A stretch of DNA of 64,000 nt from Muribaculaceae bacterium. Lineage in GTDB: Bacteria; Bacteroidota; Bacteroidia; Bacteroidales; Muribaculaceae. The stretch is taken from NCBI GenBank assembly GCA_016290325.1, contig JAEETL010000005.1:5019-69018 (forward strand), written 5' to 3'. Below the pieces are notes generated by a model that saw only the letters and a program-made list of their open reading frames with translations, was not told the origin of the DNA and did no database searches. Position 1 is the stretch's first letter. Every line of letters begins with the position of its first letter. Below are positions 43,133 through 51,431 of the stretch, in pieces. A program made the translations under genes and the position numbers.

Positions 43133-44401
43133 TTACCATGCGTTGCTCAACAGATAGTCAACCAATGCACTAACATCGGCAATATTTACATTACCATCCT
43201 GATTGCAATCGGCATTCTCCAAAACAATGACACTGGTGTCACCACTCAGCAAATAGTCAATCAATGCACTAATGTCGGCAATGTTCACATTACCATCTCC
43301 GTTCACGTCGCCACGCACTACTGTGGAAGTGCCAGGAACCACAAACTGTGAGCCATCGGTAAAATAAAGCTTGTTAAGGTACCAACCCGGCCAATTCGTG
43401 TTGTTGTCACTGGGAATTGTCAAGCCCCAAGTAATCATTTGGGAGTTCACTTCACCTTCGTTTCCTGGATTGCCCTGGCTAGTGGTATTGTACCACACGC
43501 CATCTCCATTAGGATTCTCAGCGTCACTGATGTCGGCAATAGGCTGACCAGGGAATGACATCGTACCGTCGCTGCTAAGAATCATGTGGTCGCCAAGCCA
43601 TCCCAAACCATACAGGTTAGTCACATATACCGTGTCACCCGATTGACGCATATAAACATCGTTAGTATAGGTCACACCATTTGACTGGCCTTTGTACTCA
43701 TGTTTACCATTCGGTGTTTGCAATCTGGTATTTCGCATCAGCAATGAGATTGAGAAGGTCGTGTCATTGTACACCTGGGTGCGTCCTTTCACAGTCACGG
43801 TCGTCGTCTTGATATTCTCAATATAGAAGCAAAAGCCCTCATCAATCACGATTGATCCATCGTTTTCGATCCTGCCGGTCACGTCGGCAAGCGGGCCAGC
43901 GTTAACAAGCCAATCCTCGTTTACTACATAATAGCACAACGTGCTGTCAACAGTGGTAGTAGTAATGCCACTAGTGGTAGTCACGCTACCCGAGGTCGTG
44001 CCAAACGGCTCGTCACCCACTTCAAGAGTAACCTTACCAGTTGCATAGTTTACCTTGATTGGCTGCGTCACCTCATACATCGTGAAACCGCCCAACAGCA
44101 ACAAGTGCTCAGCATCATCGCCTGCTGCCACCGTTGTTGACCAGCCACCCGAGTAAAACAGGTCATTGGGCTCAACAGTCACGCGGCCTTGTGCATCCTC
44201 AGTCCAATCATAGAGTTGGAGAAGGCAGATTCGGCTACCTGCCATATCACCGGCATTCGCCCTTAATGAGGGAGAAACCTGGCACGACTGGCGCGATGTC
44301 TTAAGCGACTTGACAACATGGGAACGCTGCAACGGCACCCCTGCCAAAGAGCTCAAGCCCACAAACACACTTAATAGTACTAATATTCTTTTCATGTACA
44401 T
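43133..44401 (-). CDS. secreted protein with C-terminal tandem dockerin-type (EF-hand-like Ca-binding) repeats
   Basis: Signal peptide. GDVNGDGNVNIADISALIDYLLS and ADCNQDGNVNIADVSALVDYLLS fit the dockerin DxNxDGxxxxxD-helix consensus. No T9SS tail. Confidence 0.8.
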   Translation of the reverse strand: MYMKRILVLLSVFVGLSSLAGVPLQRSHVVKSLKTSRQSCQVSPSLRANAGDMAGSRICLLQLYDWTEDAQGRVTVEPNDLFYSGGWSTTVAAGDDAEHLLLLGGFTMYEVTQPIKVNYATGKVTLEVGDEPFGTTSGSVTTTSGITTTTVDSTLCYYVVNEDWLVNAGPLADVTGRIENDGSIVIDEGFCFYIENIKTTTVTVKGRTQVYNDTTFSISLLMRNTRLQTPNGKHEYKGQSNGVTYTNDVYMRQSGDTVYVTNLYGLGWLGDHMILSSDGTMSFPGQPIADISDAENPNGDGVWYNTTSQGNPGNEGEVNSQMITWGLTIPSDNNTNWPGWYLNKLYFTDGSQFVVPGTSTVVRGDVNGDGNVNIADISALIDYLLSGDTSVIVLENADCNQDGNVNIADVSALVDYLLSNAW

Positions 44402-44580
44402 TATATATAATTATGGTTTAACGCTTTGTTTCCAACTTGCAAAGTTACACATTTCGCAGCAAACCTCACAAACATTCTCATTAATTTCTCTTAATCAAGA
44501 AAAAATCCCCCTTAGCCACACATCTGTTCAATTCGTCACTCCATCCGATCGGTTAGCCCAACATGGCAATAAATAAAAAA

Positions 44581-44609
44581 TCAGGACCCGCAAAATGTGC
44601 GGATCCTGA
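44581..44609 (-). terminator. terminator of dockerin gene 1
   Basis: TCAGGACCCGCA / TGCGGATCCTGA stem (one mismatch) followed by a T-run on the minus strand. Confidence 0.6.
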
Positions 44610-44648
44610 CTTTATGGTTGTTAAGCTAGTTAGCTTAAGTAATCGAGA

Positions 44649-46055
44649 TTACTCAGCAGGCCATGCACCACTCAGCATGAAGTCGATCAATGCTGAGACG
44701 TCAGCAATGTTAACGGTACCATCCAGGTTGCAGTCAGCGTTATCATAGTTGATGCTGTCCCAATCCTGTGACAACAGAGCGTCGATAATAGCGCTCACGT
44801 CAGCGATGCTAATGCTTCCACTGTCGTCAGCATCACCACGCATGCCCTGAGGCTCGGGAGTGGGAAGTACGAACTGGTTGCCATTGGTCCACTTCAGAAC
44901 GTTGTTCTGGTAGCCATAGAGGAAGTGATAACCGTTGCAAGGCATGGTGTAGTCCCAAGTGATCTGGTCGGGAGTAGCGTTAGCCTCAAAGCCCCAAGTG
45001 TAGTCAACAATGTAACCCTCGTCATCGAGCTCATAGCTACCAACGGGGTAGAACATGCCGAGACCACCGCTGATCCAAGCATCGTTAACGTCCCAGATGG
45101 GGTTCGACAGATAGGTGACTGAATCTTCGGGATTAAACTCAGCGCAGTTGTAAACAGCCTTACCATCGCTGGTCAGAACCATGTAAGCGCTGGGCATACC
45201 ATAGTCCCACAGGTTGCCTACGAATACAGTGTCATTGCTCTGATACATGAACACGTTAGCGCTCTGTGCGCTACCATCCTGCTCCTTGTTGTAGGTGAGG
45301 ACACCATTACCGGTCAGGATCTCGGTGCCAACAAACATGTTAAGGGTCTCAACAGTGTCAATGCTAGAGAGGTTATTGTTTTGATATGTTTTAAACACTG
45401 CTTGCTCATAGAATACATAGTTGTCATCGAAGATGATTGAACCGTCGGTGTAGAGCGTACCCATACAGTCATTCTGCTCGTTGTTATCCCAGTAGTCCTG
45501 AGAAACAAGGATACTGTAGAGAATAGTATCGACACGATTGCGGCCAGAACCTGCTAATGTGTCATCATCGAGCAGGATACCCCATGACAGAGCAACCTCA
45601 CCAGTGGTGTAGTCGATGTCCAGAGGCAGATAGTAGGTGCTACCAGTTGTTGGGCTCCAATAAAGACCTGCGAAGTAAACGCCATCGCTGGCATCAGGAT
45701 ACCAGTAAGCACCGCTTCCAGCATAGAACGGATCAGCGGGAACAGGGCTTTCACCAGTGATGTCATAAGCATAGAGGAAGCAAACGCTGGGAAGACCAAT
45801 CATGTCGGCGTCACTCAACTGACGGGGAGCCTTGCGAACCTCAACCAGATTGTTGGGGGTGAAGCGGCTCTTCATGGGAGTCATGTTCTTGGCCTGCATG
45901 TTCATCACATTGCTGGTGAACTGGGTTGCGGCGGGAGTAGCCTTCATCACCATCTGGCCCTTGTTTGCCTGAACGAGGTCAGCCTTGTTAACATGCGGAG
46001 CTGCCATTGCGGTCAGACCAGCGCATACGAAAAGTAATGCTAAAAATTTTTTCAT
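44649..46055 (-). CDS. secreted protein with C-terminal tandem dockerin-type repeats (paralog of 43133-44401)
   Basis: Signal peptide. GDADDSGSISIADVSAIIDALLS and ADCNLDGTVNIADVSALIDFMLS. Shared core motifs (..SNDTVFVGNLW.. versus ..SGDTVYVTNLY..). Confidence 0.8.
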   Translation of the reverse strand: MKKFLALLFVCAGLTAMAAPHVNKADLVQANKGQMVMKATPAATQFTSNVMNMQAKNMTPMKSRFTPNNLVEVRKAPRQLSDADMIGLPSVCFLYAYDITGESPVPADPFYAGSGAYWYPDASDGVYFAGLYWSPTTGSTYYLPLDIDYTTGEVALSWGILLDDDTLAGSGRNRVDTILYSILVSQDYWDNNEQNDCMGTLYTDGSIIFDDNYVFYEQAVFKTYQNNNLSSIDTVETLNMFVGTEILTGNGVLTYNKEQDGSAQSANVFMYQSNDTVFVGNLWDYGMPSAYMVLTSDGKAVYNCAEFNPEDSVTYLSNPIWDVNDAWISGGLGMFYPVGSYELDDEGYIVDYTWGFEANATPDQITWDYTMPCNGYHFLYGYQNNVLKWTNGNQFVLPTPEPQGMRGDADDSGSISIADVSAIIDALLSQDWDSINYDNADCNLDGTVNIADVSALIDFMLSGAWPAE

Positions 46056-46373
46056 AAATCAATAATAAGATTTAGGAGTTAATAAATATTAGTTAAATAA
46101 AAAGGTTCTCTCTCAATTCTATTATAAAGGTTTACTTTCACTTTAAAGGACAGCACATAGCTGCACTTCTCAAAAAGATGCGACAAATTTACACCCATTT
46201 TTTGAATTCTACAACTTTTTAACACAAAAATTACTAACATGCTCACATTATTCCACAATTACAATAACGCCAAACTACAATTGATCTGTAAGGCGCCAAT
46301 GAAGTGGAACGAGGGACTTCACTCATTCATTGTGAAAACAGAAAAACCACCCATCTTTAAGGGTAGGCAGCCA

Positions 46374-46931
46374 TCAGTCGGCGGGAAGAAGCATGCCAGC
46401 AGCAACCTGGGCAGCAGCAGCTTGGCCCAAGGTCTCAGCAACGATGGCCAGGGCAAAGGGAGCAGCTGCGGCGGGACCGCGGCCCGTGACGATGTGACCA
46501 TCGACAGCAACAAGTGTTTGTGCCCAATTAACACCCTCGACCGTGTCTTCCAGTCCAGGATAGCACACAGCCTCACGACCATAAAGGATACCCAACGTTC
46601 CAAGTACCATAGCGGGCGAAGCACAGATGGCAGCGATCTTGCCTCCACGCTCGTCACGTTCGCTCAAGACCTCACACAATTCTTCATGCGCCGCCAGGTT
46701 GGGAGCGCCAGGAATGCCACCGGGCAATACAAGCCACTCGGCATCGCTGTAATCGTTATCAGCAAAGAGGCTGTCGGCTACAACGGTCACGCCATGGGCG
46801 CCCTTTACCTCCAAACCGGGATTAATCGAAACGGTCGTCACGGGCATACCGGCCCGACGCAACACGTCCACACTCGTCAAAGCCTCGATTTCCTCAAAGC
46901 CATCAGCTAAAAACACATACGTCTGTTTCAT
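46374..46931 (-). CDS. DJ-1/PfpI (ThiJ/YajL-like) family protein
   Basis: FLADGFEEIEA...AAICASP nucleophile-elbow Cys. Confidence 0.9.
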   Translation of the reverse strand: MKQTYVFLADGFEEIEALTSVDVLRRAGMPVTTVSINPGLEVKGAHGVTVVADSLFADNDYSDAEWLVLPGGIPGAPNLAAHEELCEVLSERDERGGKIAAICASPAMVLGTLGILYGREAVCYPGLEDTVEGVNWAQTLVAVDGHIVTGRGPAAAAPFALAIVAETLGQAAAAQVAAGMLLPAD

Positions 46932-47120
46932 GTCTATCTTATTAATAATATTGTGTTAGTTGTCCAGCTTGTCTGTATTTGGGTCAAAACTCATTTCAAA
47001 ATGACCCATAGAGAAGGCGAAATTAGCGTTTTTCCCCTAAAAAATCGGCCTATTTTAGAAAAAAAGTACTTTTTTTTGAAAAAAATCCGAATTTTGTTTG
47101 GTGGTTAAGAAAAAAGCAGT

Positions 47121-47128
47121 ACCTTTGC
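47121..47128 (+). promoter_or_regulatory. -7 box TAccTTTG upstream of tRNA-Val
   Basis: Exact match 22 nt before the tRNA 5' end. Confidence 0.45.
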
Positions 47129-47149
47129 ATCGCTTTTGACGGCAACATG

Positions 47150-47224
47150 GGCAGTTAGCGCAGTTGGTTCAGAGCATCTGCCTTACAAGCAGAGGGTCGG
47201 GGGTTCGAATCCCTCACTGCCCAC
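47150..47224 (+). tRNA. tRNA-Val: tRNA-Val (anticodon TAC); CCA encoded at 47225-47227
   Basis: Hand-folded cloverleaf: acceptor GGGCAGT/ACTGCCC, anticodon stem TCTGC/GCAGA with loop CTTACAA, T-arm GGGGG-TTCGAAT-CCCTC. There is one G-A mismatch in the D-stem. Confidence 0.9.
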
Positions 47225-47231
47225 CACACGA

Positions 47232-47261
47232 GTCTTGCACGATGTGCAGGACTTTTTTTGT
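47232..47261 (+). terminator. terminator after tRNA-Val
   Basis: AGTCTTGCAC-GAT-GTGCAGGACT followed by TTTTTTT. Confidence 0.65.
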
Positions 47262-47563
47262 TATATTCCGGTACTCCAGGTCAAGCCGTGATAAATTATG
47301 TGAAAAACGCTGAGTGATTGGGAAAATATGTGTAGCTTTGGAGCGAAATTATCAGGCCTATTGGGATAGCTTAGGTTTTAACGTTCAAATCATCATGGTG
47401 CTAGCCACCTCTTTGATAGCGTTTTTTCACCTGCTGAACATTTCATACATTAATCCCCACCTTTCATCCAATATGGCCTGAAACATTTGGCAATAGTGGT
47501 TTTTCAATCCTAATTTTGCATCATCAAAACAACGATTAACCACTATTTTAAAACTTAAGAATT

Positions 47564-48241
47564 ATGACAAACTTTACAACCCACAGTCAGGGCATCGCCC
47601 TGAACAAGCAGAGCGAAACAGTGAGCATCAACAAGCGCCCATTCGTTAGAGCATTACAGCTCGCCACTATGGCCGTTCTTATTTTTATCACAACAGCAAC
47701 ACCCGCCACAGCCCAAGTGAGATTGGGTGTGAGAGGAGGCCTCACGCTCAACAAGTTGCACTTTGACCGCGAGATCATCAACAGTGAGAACCGCATCGGT
47801 TACTCTGCCGGTCTGGTGCTTGATATCAACATTCCTGTCGTGGGGCTTGGCGTGGAAGCCTCAGCGATGTATACCCACCGCGATGACCGGCTCTTTGACA
47901 ACACCCACAACTACAAGCGTCACTACATCGAGATCCCGGTATATGCCCGATATCGTTTGACTTTACCTAAGGTAGAAAGGATTGTGGCGCCATATGTCTT
48001 CACGGGACCCAATTTCTCGATATTGTTCAAGGATGACGCCCCCACGAGCATCAACAACAGCAGGACATGCACGTCATGGGATGTGGGTGCGGGCGTGGAC
48101 CTGTTCAAGCACTTGCGCCTGTCAGCCACCTACGGCATCGGCATGTCCAAGGCGATGCAATACATTGACCGGGAATATGACGGTGGTGTCGTGAACGGAA
48201 AAGACAAGCACTGGACGCTAAGTGCCGCTTGGTTGTTCTAA
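47564..48241 (+). CDS. outer-membrane beta-barrel protein (OmpA-like N-barrel / PorT-type family)
   Basis: Signal peptide ending ATAQ. Alternating beta-strand pattern. C-terminal ..WTLSAAWLF. Confidence 0.7.
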   Translation: MTNFTTHSQGIALNKQSETVSINKRPFVRALQLATMAVLIFITTATPATAQVRLGVRGGLTLNKLHFDREIINSENRIGYSAGLVLDINIPVVGLGVEASAMYTHRDDRLFDNTHNYKRHYIEIPVYARYRLTLPKVERIVAPYVFTGPNFSILFKDDAPTSINNSRTCTSWDVGAGVDLFKHLRLSATYGIGMSKAMQYIDREYDGGVVNGKDKHWTLSAAWLF

Positions 48242-48286
48242 GCATCACTTCACTCACCCGAATGATCAATAACTTAAAAACCGACT

Positions 48287-48324
48287 ACCGGGTGTCCTGA
48301 ATGGAAGGGACATCCGGTTTTTTG
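48287..48324 (+). terminator. rho-independent terminator
   Basis: ACCGGGTGTCC...GGACATCCGGT stem followed by TTTTTT. Confidence 0.65.
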
Positions 48325-48391
48325 CCACAATCATTGAGGGCAATCAGATTTTTTGTGTAATTTTGCGCCACAATCATCTTTAATAAGGAAT

Positions 48392-49021
48392 ATGACAATG
48401 AAAAAAATAGCCTTACTGATAACCGCCTTGCTCATTGCCAGCACAGCCGCAATGGCACAGACGTCTTCGCGCTGGGGTGTGACGGCAGGTGCCAATTTCA
48501 ACAGCATCCACTTCAAGCAGAGTGATATCATACCCAGCCAACGGGCATGGGGGCCTCAAGTGGGTGTTATTGGTGAAATGAACTTCAGCGGCTTGGGTTT
48601 TGGTGTGGACGGATCTTTGCTCTACACCATGAAACAAGGCAAGGTCAACTATGGCGACCGCGTCATCTGGTCGTCCCTTGGCGCCGGCAACGAAAATGTA
48701 GCGATGCATTATATCGATGTGCCCTTACACCTCAAATTCCAGTTTCGCCGCTTGGGAGGCATGGAAACGACTTTCATGCCATTGCTTTATGCAGGCCCGC
48801 AATTCTCATTCCTAGCCCACGGCAGTCACAGCAACCTCAATTCCTATCCCTTTGTCAACGTCTATCTGGACATGGGAGCAGGCTTCGAACTGTTTGAGCG
48901 CTGGCAGGTAAGGGCTGGATACAATTTCTCAGTCGGTCAGTCGCTGCACACCAAATTACTTGACGATAACGTTGCTAAAAACCGCACCTGGTACGTCAAT
49001 TTGACTTATTTCCTGAAGTGA
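48392..49021 (+). CDS. outer-membrane beta-barrel protein, paralog of 47564-48241
   Basis: The start is moved to ATG 48392 after the TAatTTTG box (48358-48365). Signal peptide ..AAMAQ. Ends ..YVNLTYFLK. Confidence 0.7.
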   Translation: MTMKKIALLITALLIASTAAMAQTSSRWGVTAGANFNSIHFKQSDIIPSQRAWGPQVGVIGEMNFSGLGFGVDGSLLYTMKQGKVNYGDRVIWSSLGAGNENVAMHYIDVPLHLKFQFRRLGGMETTFMPLLYAGPQFSFLAHGSHSNLNSYPFVNVYLDMGAGFELFERWQVRAGYNFSVGQSLHTKLLDDNVAKNRTWYVNLTYFLK

Positions 49022-50031
49022 CCAAACGCTATGCTGCCATATTGATAGCCCTGGCGCTTGCTGTGGTGGGGCTTTTTGTGATGCGTGACCGCAAGCACTT
49101 CTATGCCCATGAGGGTGTGGTATGGACCACCGATTACCACATCACCTATGAGGCCGCTCACGACCTCAGCGACAGCATCCAAGCGATCTTCAACAACCTG
49201 GACATGAGCGTGTCACCTTACAACAAGGCATCGCTCATCACCGCCTTGAATGAGAACACCTCTATAAAGACCGACGCCTATATCCGACGCCTGCTGGAAG
49301 CCTCTTGGGCTATACACGGCAAGAGCGACGGCGCCTTTGACCCCACGGTAATGCCACTGGTCAACGCCTGGGGGTTTGGCTACAAGAGCGGCACCCTACC
49401 CTCGCGCTCTCAACTAGACAGCATCCTCAGTTTCGTGGGCATGGACAAATTGGCCCTACATGGTGATTCCCTAGCGAAACAGGACCCGAGGGTGATGCTG
49501 GATTTCAGCAGCATTGCTAAGGGACTGGCATGTGACGAAATAGGAAGGATGCTCGCTCGCAACGGCGCCCGCAACTGGCTTGTCGAGATAGGCGGCGAGG
49601 TCATGGCCAGCGGCGTGAACAAGCGCGGAACGACGTGGCAAGTATCGGTTGACATGCCAACAGATGAGCAGGACGATGTATCACACGAGAGCGCAATGGT
49701 ACTGGCCATCGACAGCGGTGCCGTCGCGACTAGCGGCAACTACCGCAAGTGGCGCATGGAAGGCGGCAACAAGCTATCCCACATCATTGACCCACACACT
49801 GGTGACAGCCACGCCGGAACACTGCTGAGTGTGACGGTGACCGCCCCCGATTGCATGACAGCCGACGCATGGGCAACAGCATGCATGGTAATGGGAGAAG
49901 ACCAGGTGAAACGCATGATGAATAATCGCAATGACCTGGGCGTGATGACCATCAGTGCCGATACCACCTCAGGCGCGCTCATCGTTTGGAGCAACCGCAC
50001 CTTTGCCGACCTCATCAACAGCCAGCGCTAA
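49018..50031 (+). CDS. apbE: FAD:protein FMN transferase (ApbE family)
   Basis: GAFDPTVMPLVNAWGFG, SGNYRKW, SHIIDPHTG. GTG start overlaps the preceding stop (GTGA). N-terminal membrane anchor. Confidence 0.85.
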   Translation: MTKRYAAILIALALAVVGLFVMRDRKHFYAHEGVVWTTDYHITYEAAHDLSDSIQAIFNNLDMSVSPYNKASLITALNENTSIKTDAYIRRLLEASWAIHGKSDGAFDPTVMPLVNAWGFGYKSGTLPSRSQLDSILSFVGMDKLALHGDSLAKQDPRVMLDFSSIAKGLACDEIGRMLARNGARNWLVEIGGEVMASGVNKRGTTWQVSVDMPTDEQDDVSHESAMVLAIDSGAVATSGNYRKWRMEGGNKLSHIIDPHTGDSHAGTLLSVTVTAPDCMTADAWATACMVMGEDQVKRMMNNRNDLGVMTISADTTSGALIVWSNRTFADLINSQR

Positions 50032-50089
50032 TCCTTTTTTCCAGAACACATCAAATAATACTTATATCACAAAAAGGAGGTGTAACATA

Positions 50090-50260
50090 ATTGTTCACCC
50101 CAAAAAAAGAACCGCTCTAACGAGCGGGAAAACTTGTGCAAAAGCCATTAAGTTTACTTCAATGGCTGAGGTGCCGCCAAGTTTCGGGAAATTAAAACAA
50201 ATATGTATAATTTCCCGTGCGTAGCACGGTTAAACATTACGACTTTGAGATGACATAGCC
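50090..50260. repeat. MITE-like structured element, copy B (about 170 bp, inverted relative to copy A, degenerate termini)
   Basis: The reverse complement aligns with 3614-3850 over its whole length apart from a shorter AT-rich core and a 5-nt gap. It lies between convergent genes. Confidence 0.7.
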
Positions 50261-50306
50261 CTTTTGCTATTTCTCAATATAAGTCGCCTAGAACATCTTA
50301 ATTCTT

Positions 50307-51071
50307 TTATTGGGCAATGATGAGCTCGATGCCCAAATCCTCAATCTTTTTAATGGTTTTTGGCGAGATGCCAGCATCGGTGATAATCAGGTCTACGGCA
50401 TCGATATCGGCAATTTTCGCGAACCCCCTCCTACCGAACTTGGTGCTGTCGGCCAGCACAATGGTCTTTTGGGCAGCGGCGATCATCTTCTGGTTAAGTT
50501 CCGCCTCGCGCATCTCGGTGGTCGTGATGCCAAACTCCAGGTCGATACCGTCAACGCCCAAATACAGCTTGCTGAAAGAGCAGCGGTCAAGGATGCGCGA
50601 CGCATACTCGCCAACAACCGACAAACTGCTGTGGCGCAAGTGGCCGCCCAACTGCACAATATCAATGTTCTCATGCTCAGACAGGATGTTGCTCACCGGC
50701 AGCGACGCCGACACAACCGTTAGTTTGTGAATGGGCACGATATTGCGGGCCAGGGCGTGCACCGTCGTTCCCGAGGCGATGCAGATGCTGTCATTGCGGG
50801 TGATGAGTCGAGCAGCCTCACGTCCGATAGCATGTTTCTCGTCGGTAGCGAGCTTTTCCTTCTCGTTCACCGACCTGTTATTGATATATGGATTGATGAG
50901 CACAGCCTTGCCGTGGCTACGATACAGTTTGTCACTCTTTTCCAGTTCGGTAAGATCCTTGCGAATAGTTACCGCCGACACATCAAGCAGTTTCACGAGA
51001 TCGGAGACCATGACCGACCCGTGCTTGATGAGTTCCTCCATTATCATTTCGTGACGTTGTTCTTTCGTCAT
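50307..51071 (-). CDS. glpR: DeoR/GlpR family transcriptional repressor
   Basis: N-terminal HTH (ELIKHGSVMVSDLVKLLDVSAVTIRKDLTELE) plus a DeoR C-terminal sugar-phosphate sensor. The start is set to ATG 51071. It is divergent from glpA. Confidence 0.8.
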   Translation of the reverse strand: MTKEQRHEMIMEELIKHGSVMVSDLVKLLDVSAVTIRKDLTELEKSDKLYRSHGKAVLINPYINNRSVNEKEKLATDEKHAIGREAARLITRNDSICIASGTTVHALARNIVPIHKLTVVSASLPVSNILSEHENIDIVQLGGHLRHSSLSVVGEYASRILDRCSFSKLYLGVDGIDLEFGITTTEMREAELNQKMIAAAQKTIVLADSTKFGRRGFAKIADIDAVDLIITDAGISPKTIKKIEDLGIELIIAQ

Positions 51072-51202
51072 GATGGCAGTTGGTTTTCTTTTTGACGAGG
51101 CAAAAGTAGGAAAAAGATAAATACCGACCAAATAAAATGACAAAAATCTTTCATTTTTCACCAAAACAAAACGAATCATAGATTGAAATAGCTATTTATT
51201 TA

Positions 51203-51226
51203 TTTCGTTTTAATATCAAAACGAAA
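51203..51226. promoter_or_regulatory. perfect 9-6-9 inverted repeat TTTCGTTTT-AATATC-AAAACGAAA, candidate GlpR operator
   Basis: Read directly in the glpR-glpA divergent region. Extra AACGAA(A/T) half-sites lie near 51166, 51240 and 51439. Confidence 0.45.
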
Positions 51227-51376
51227 CTATTTCTTAAAATAAACGAAATATTATTTTCGGTGAATCCACAAAATAAGATTCATTGTATTTTACTGATTTA
51301 TAACCAATTATTCGAATTACAACAAATGCCACCTAAAAAAGATGTGAAATTATTTTGTTATTTCAAAAAGATAATA

Positions 51377-51384
51377 TACCTTTG
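51377..51384 (+). promoter_or_regulatory. -7 box TAccTTTG of the glpA operon
   Basis: Exact match 48 nt upstream of ATG 51432. Confidence 0.45.
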
Positions 51385-51431
51385 CAGCGAAACCAGTTAA
51401 CAATGGTTATGCTACCTTAAAATTGCAATTA

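Noticed and set aside
39098-46055. Calling the TerL-like region a prophage or phage-inducible island
   Set aside because: No integrase, portal, capsid, tail, lysis, small terminase or repressor genes, and no att-like direct repeats, are visible. The neighbouring genes are monocistronic secreted proteins with their own promoters and terminators. tRNA-Val lies 1.1 kb beyond the block, separated from it by a DJ-1 housekeeping-type gene.
46932-47120. A/T-homopolymer-rich stretch (GAAAAAAAGTACTTTTTTTTGAAAAAAATCC) between the DJ-1 gene and tRNA-Val, considered as an integration att site or phase-variable tract
   Set aside because: No direct repeat of the tRNA 3' end is found elsewhere in the window, no recombinase is present, and the tracts are outside coding or promoter-spacer positions.
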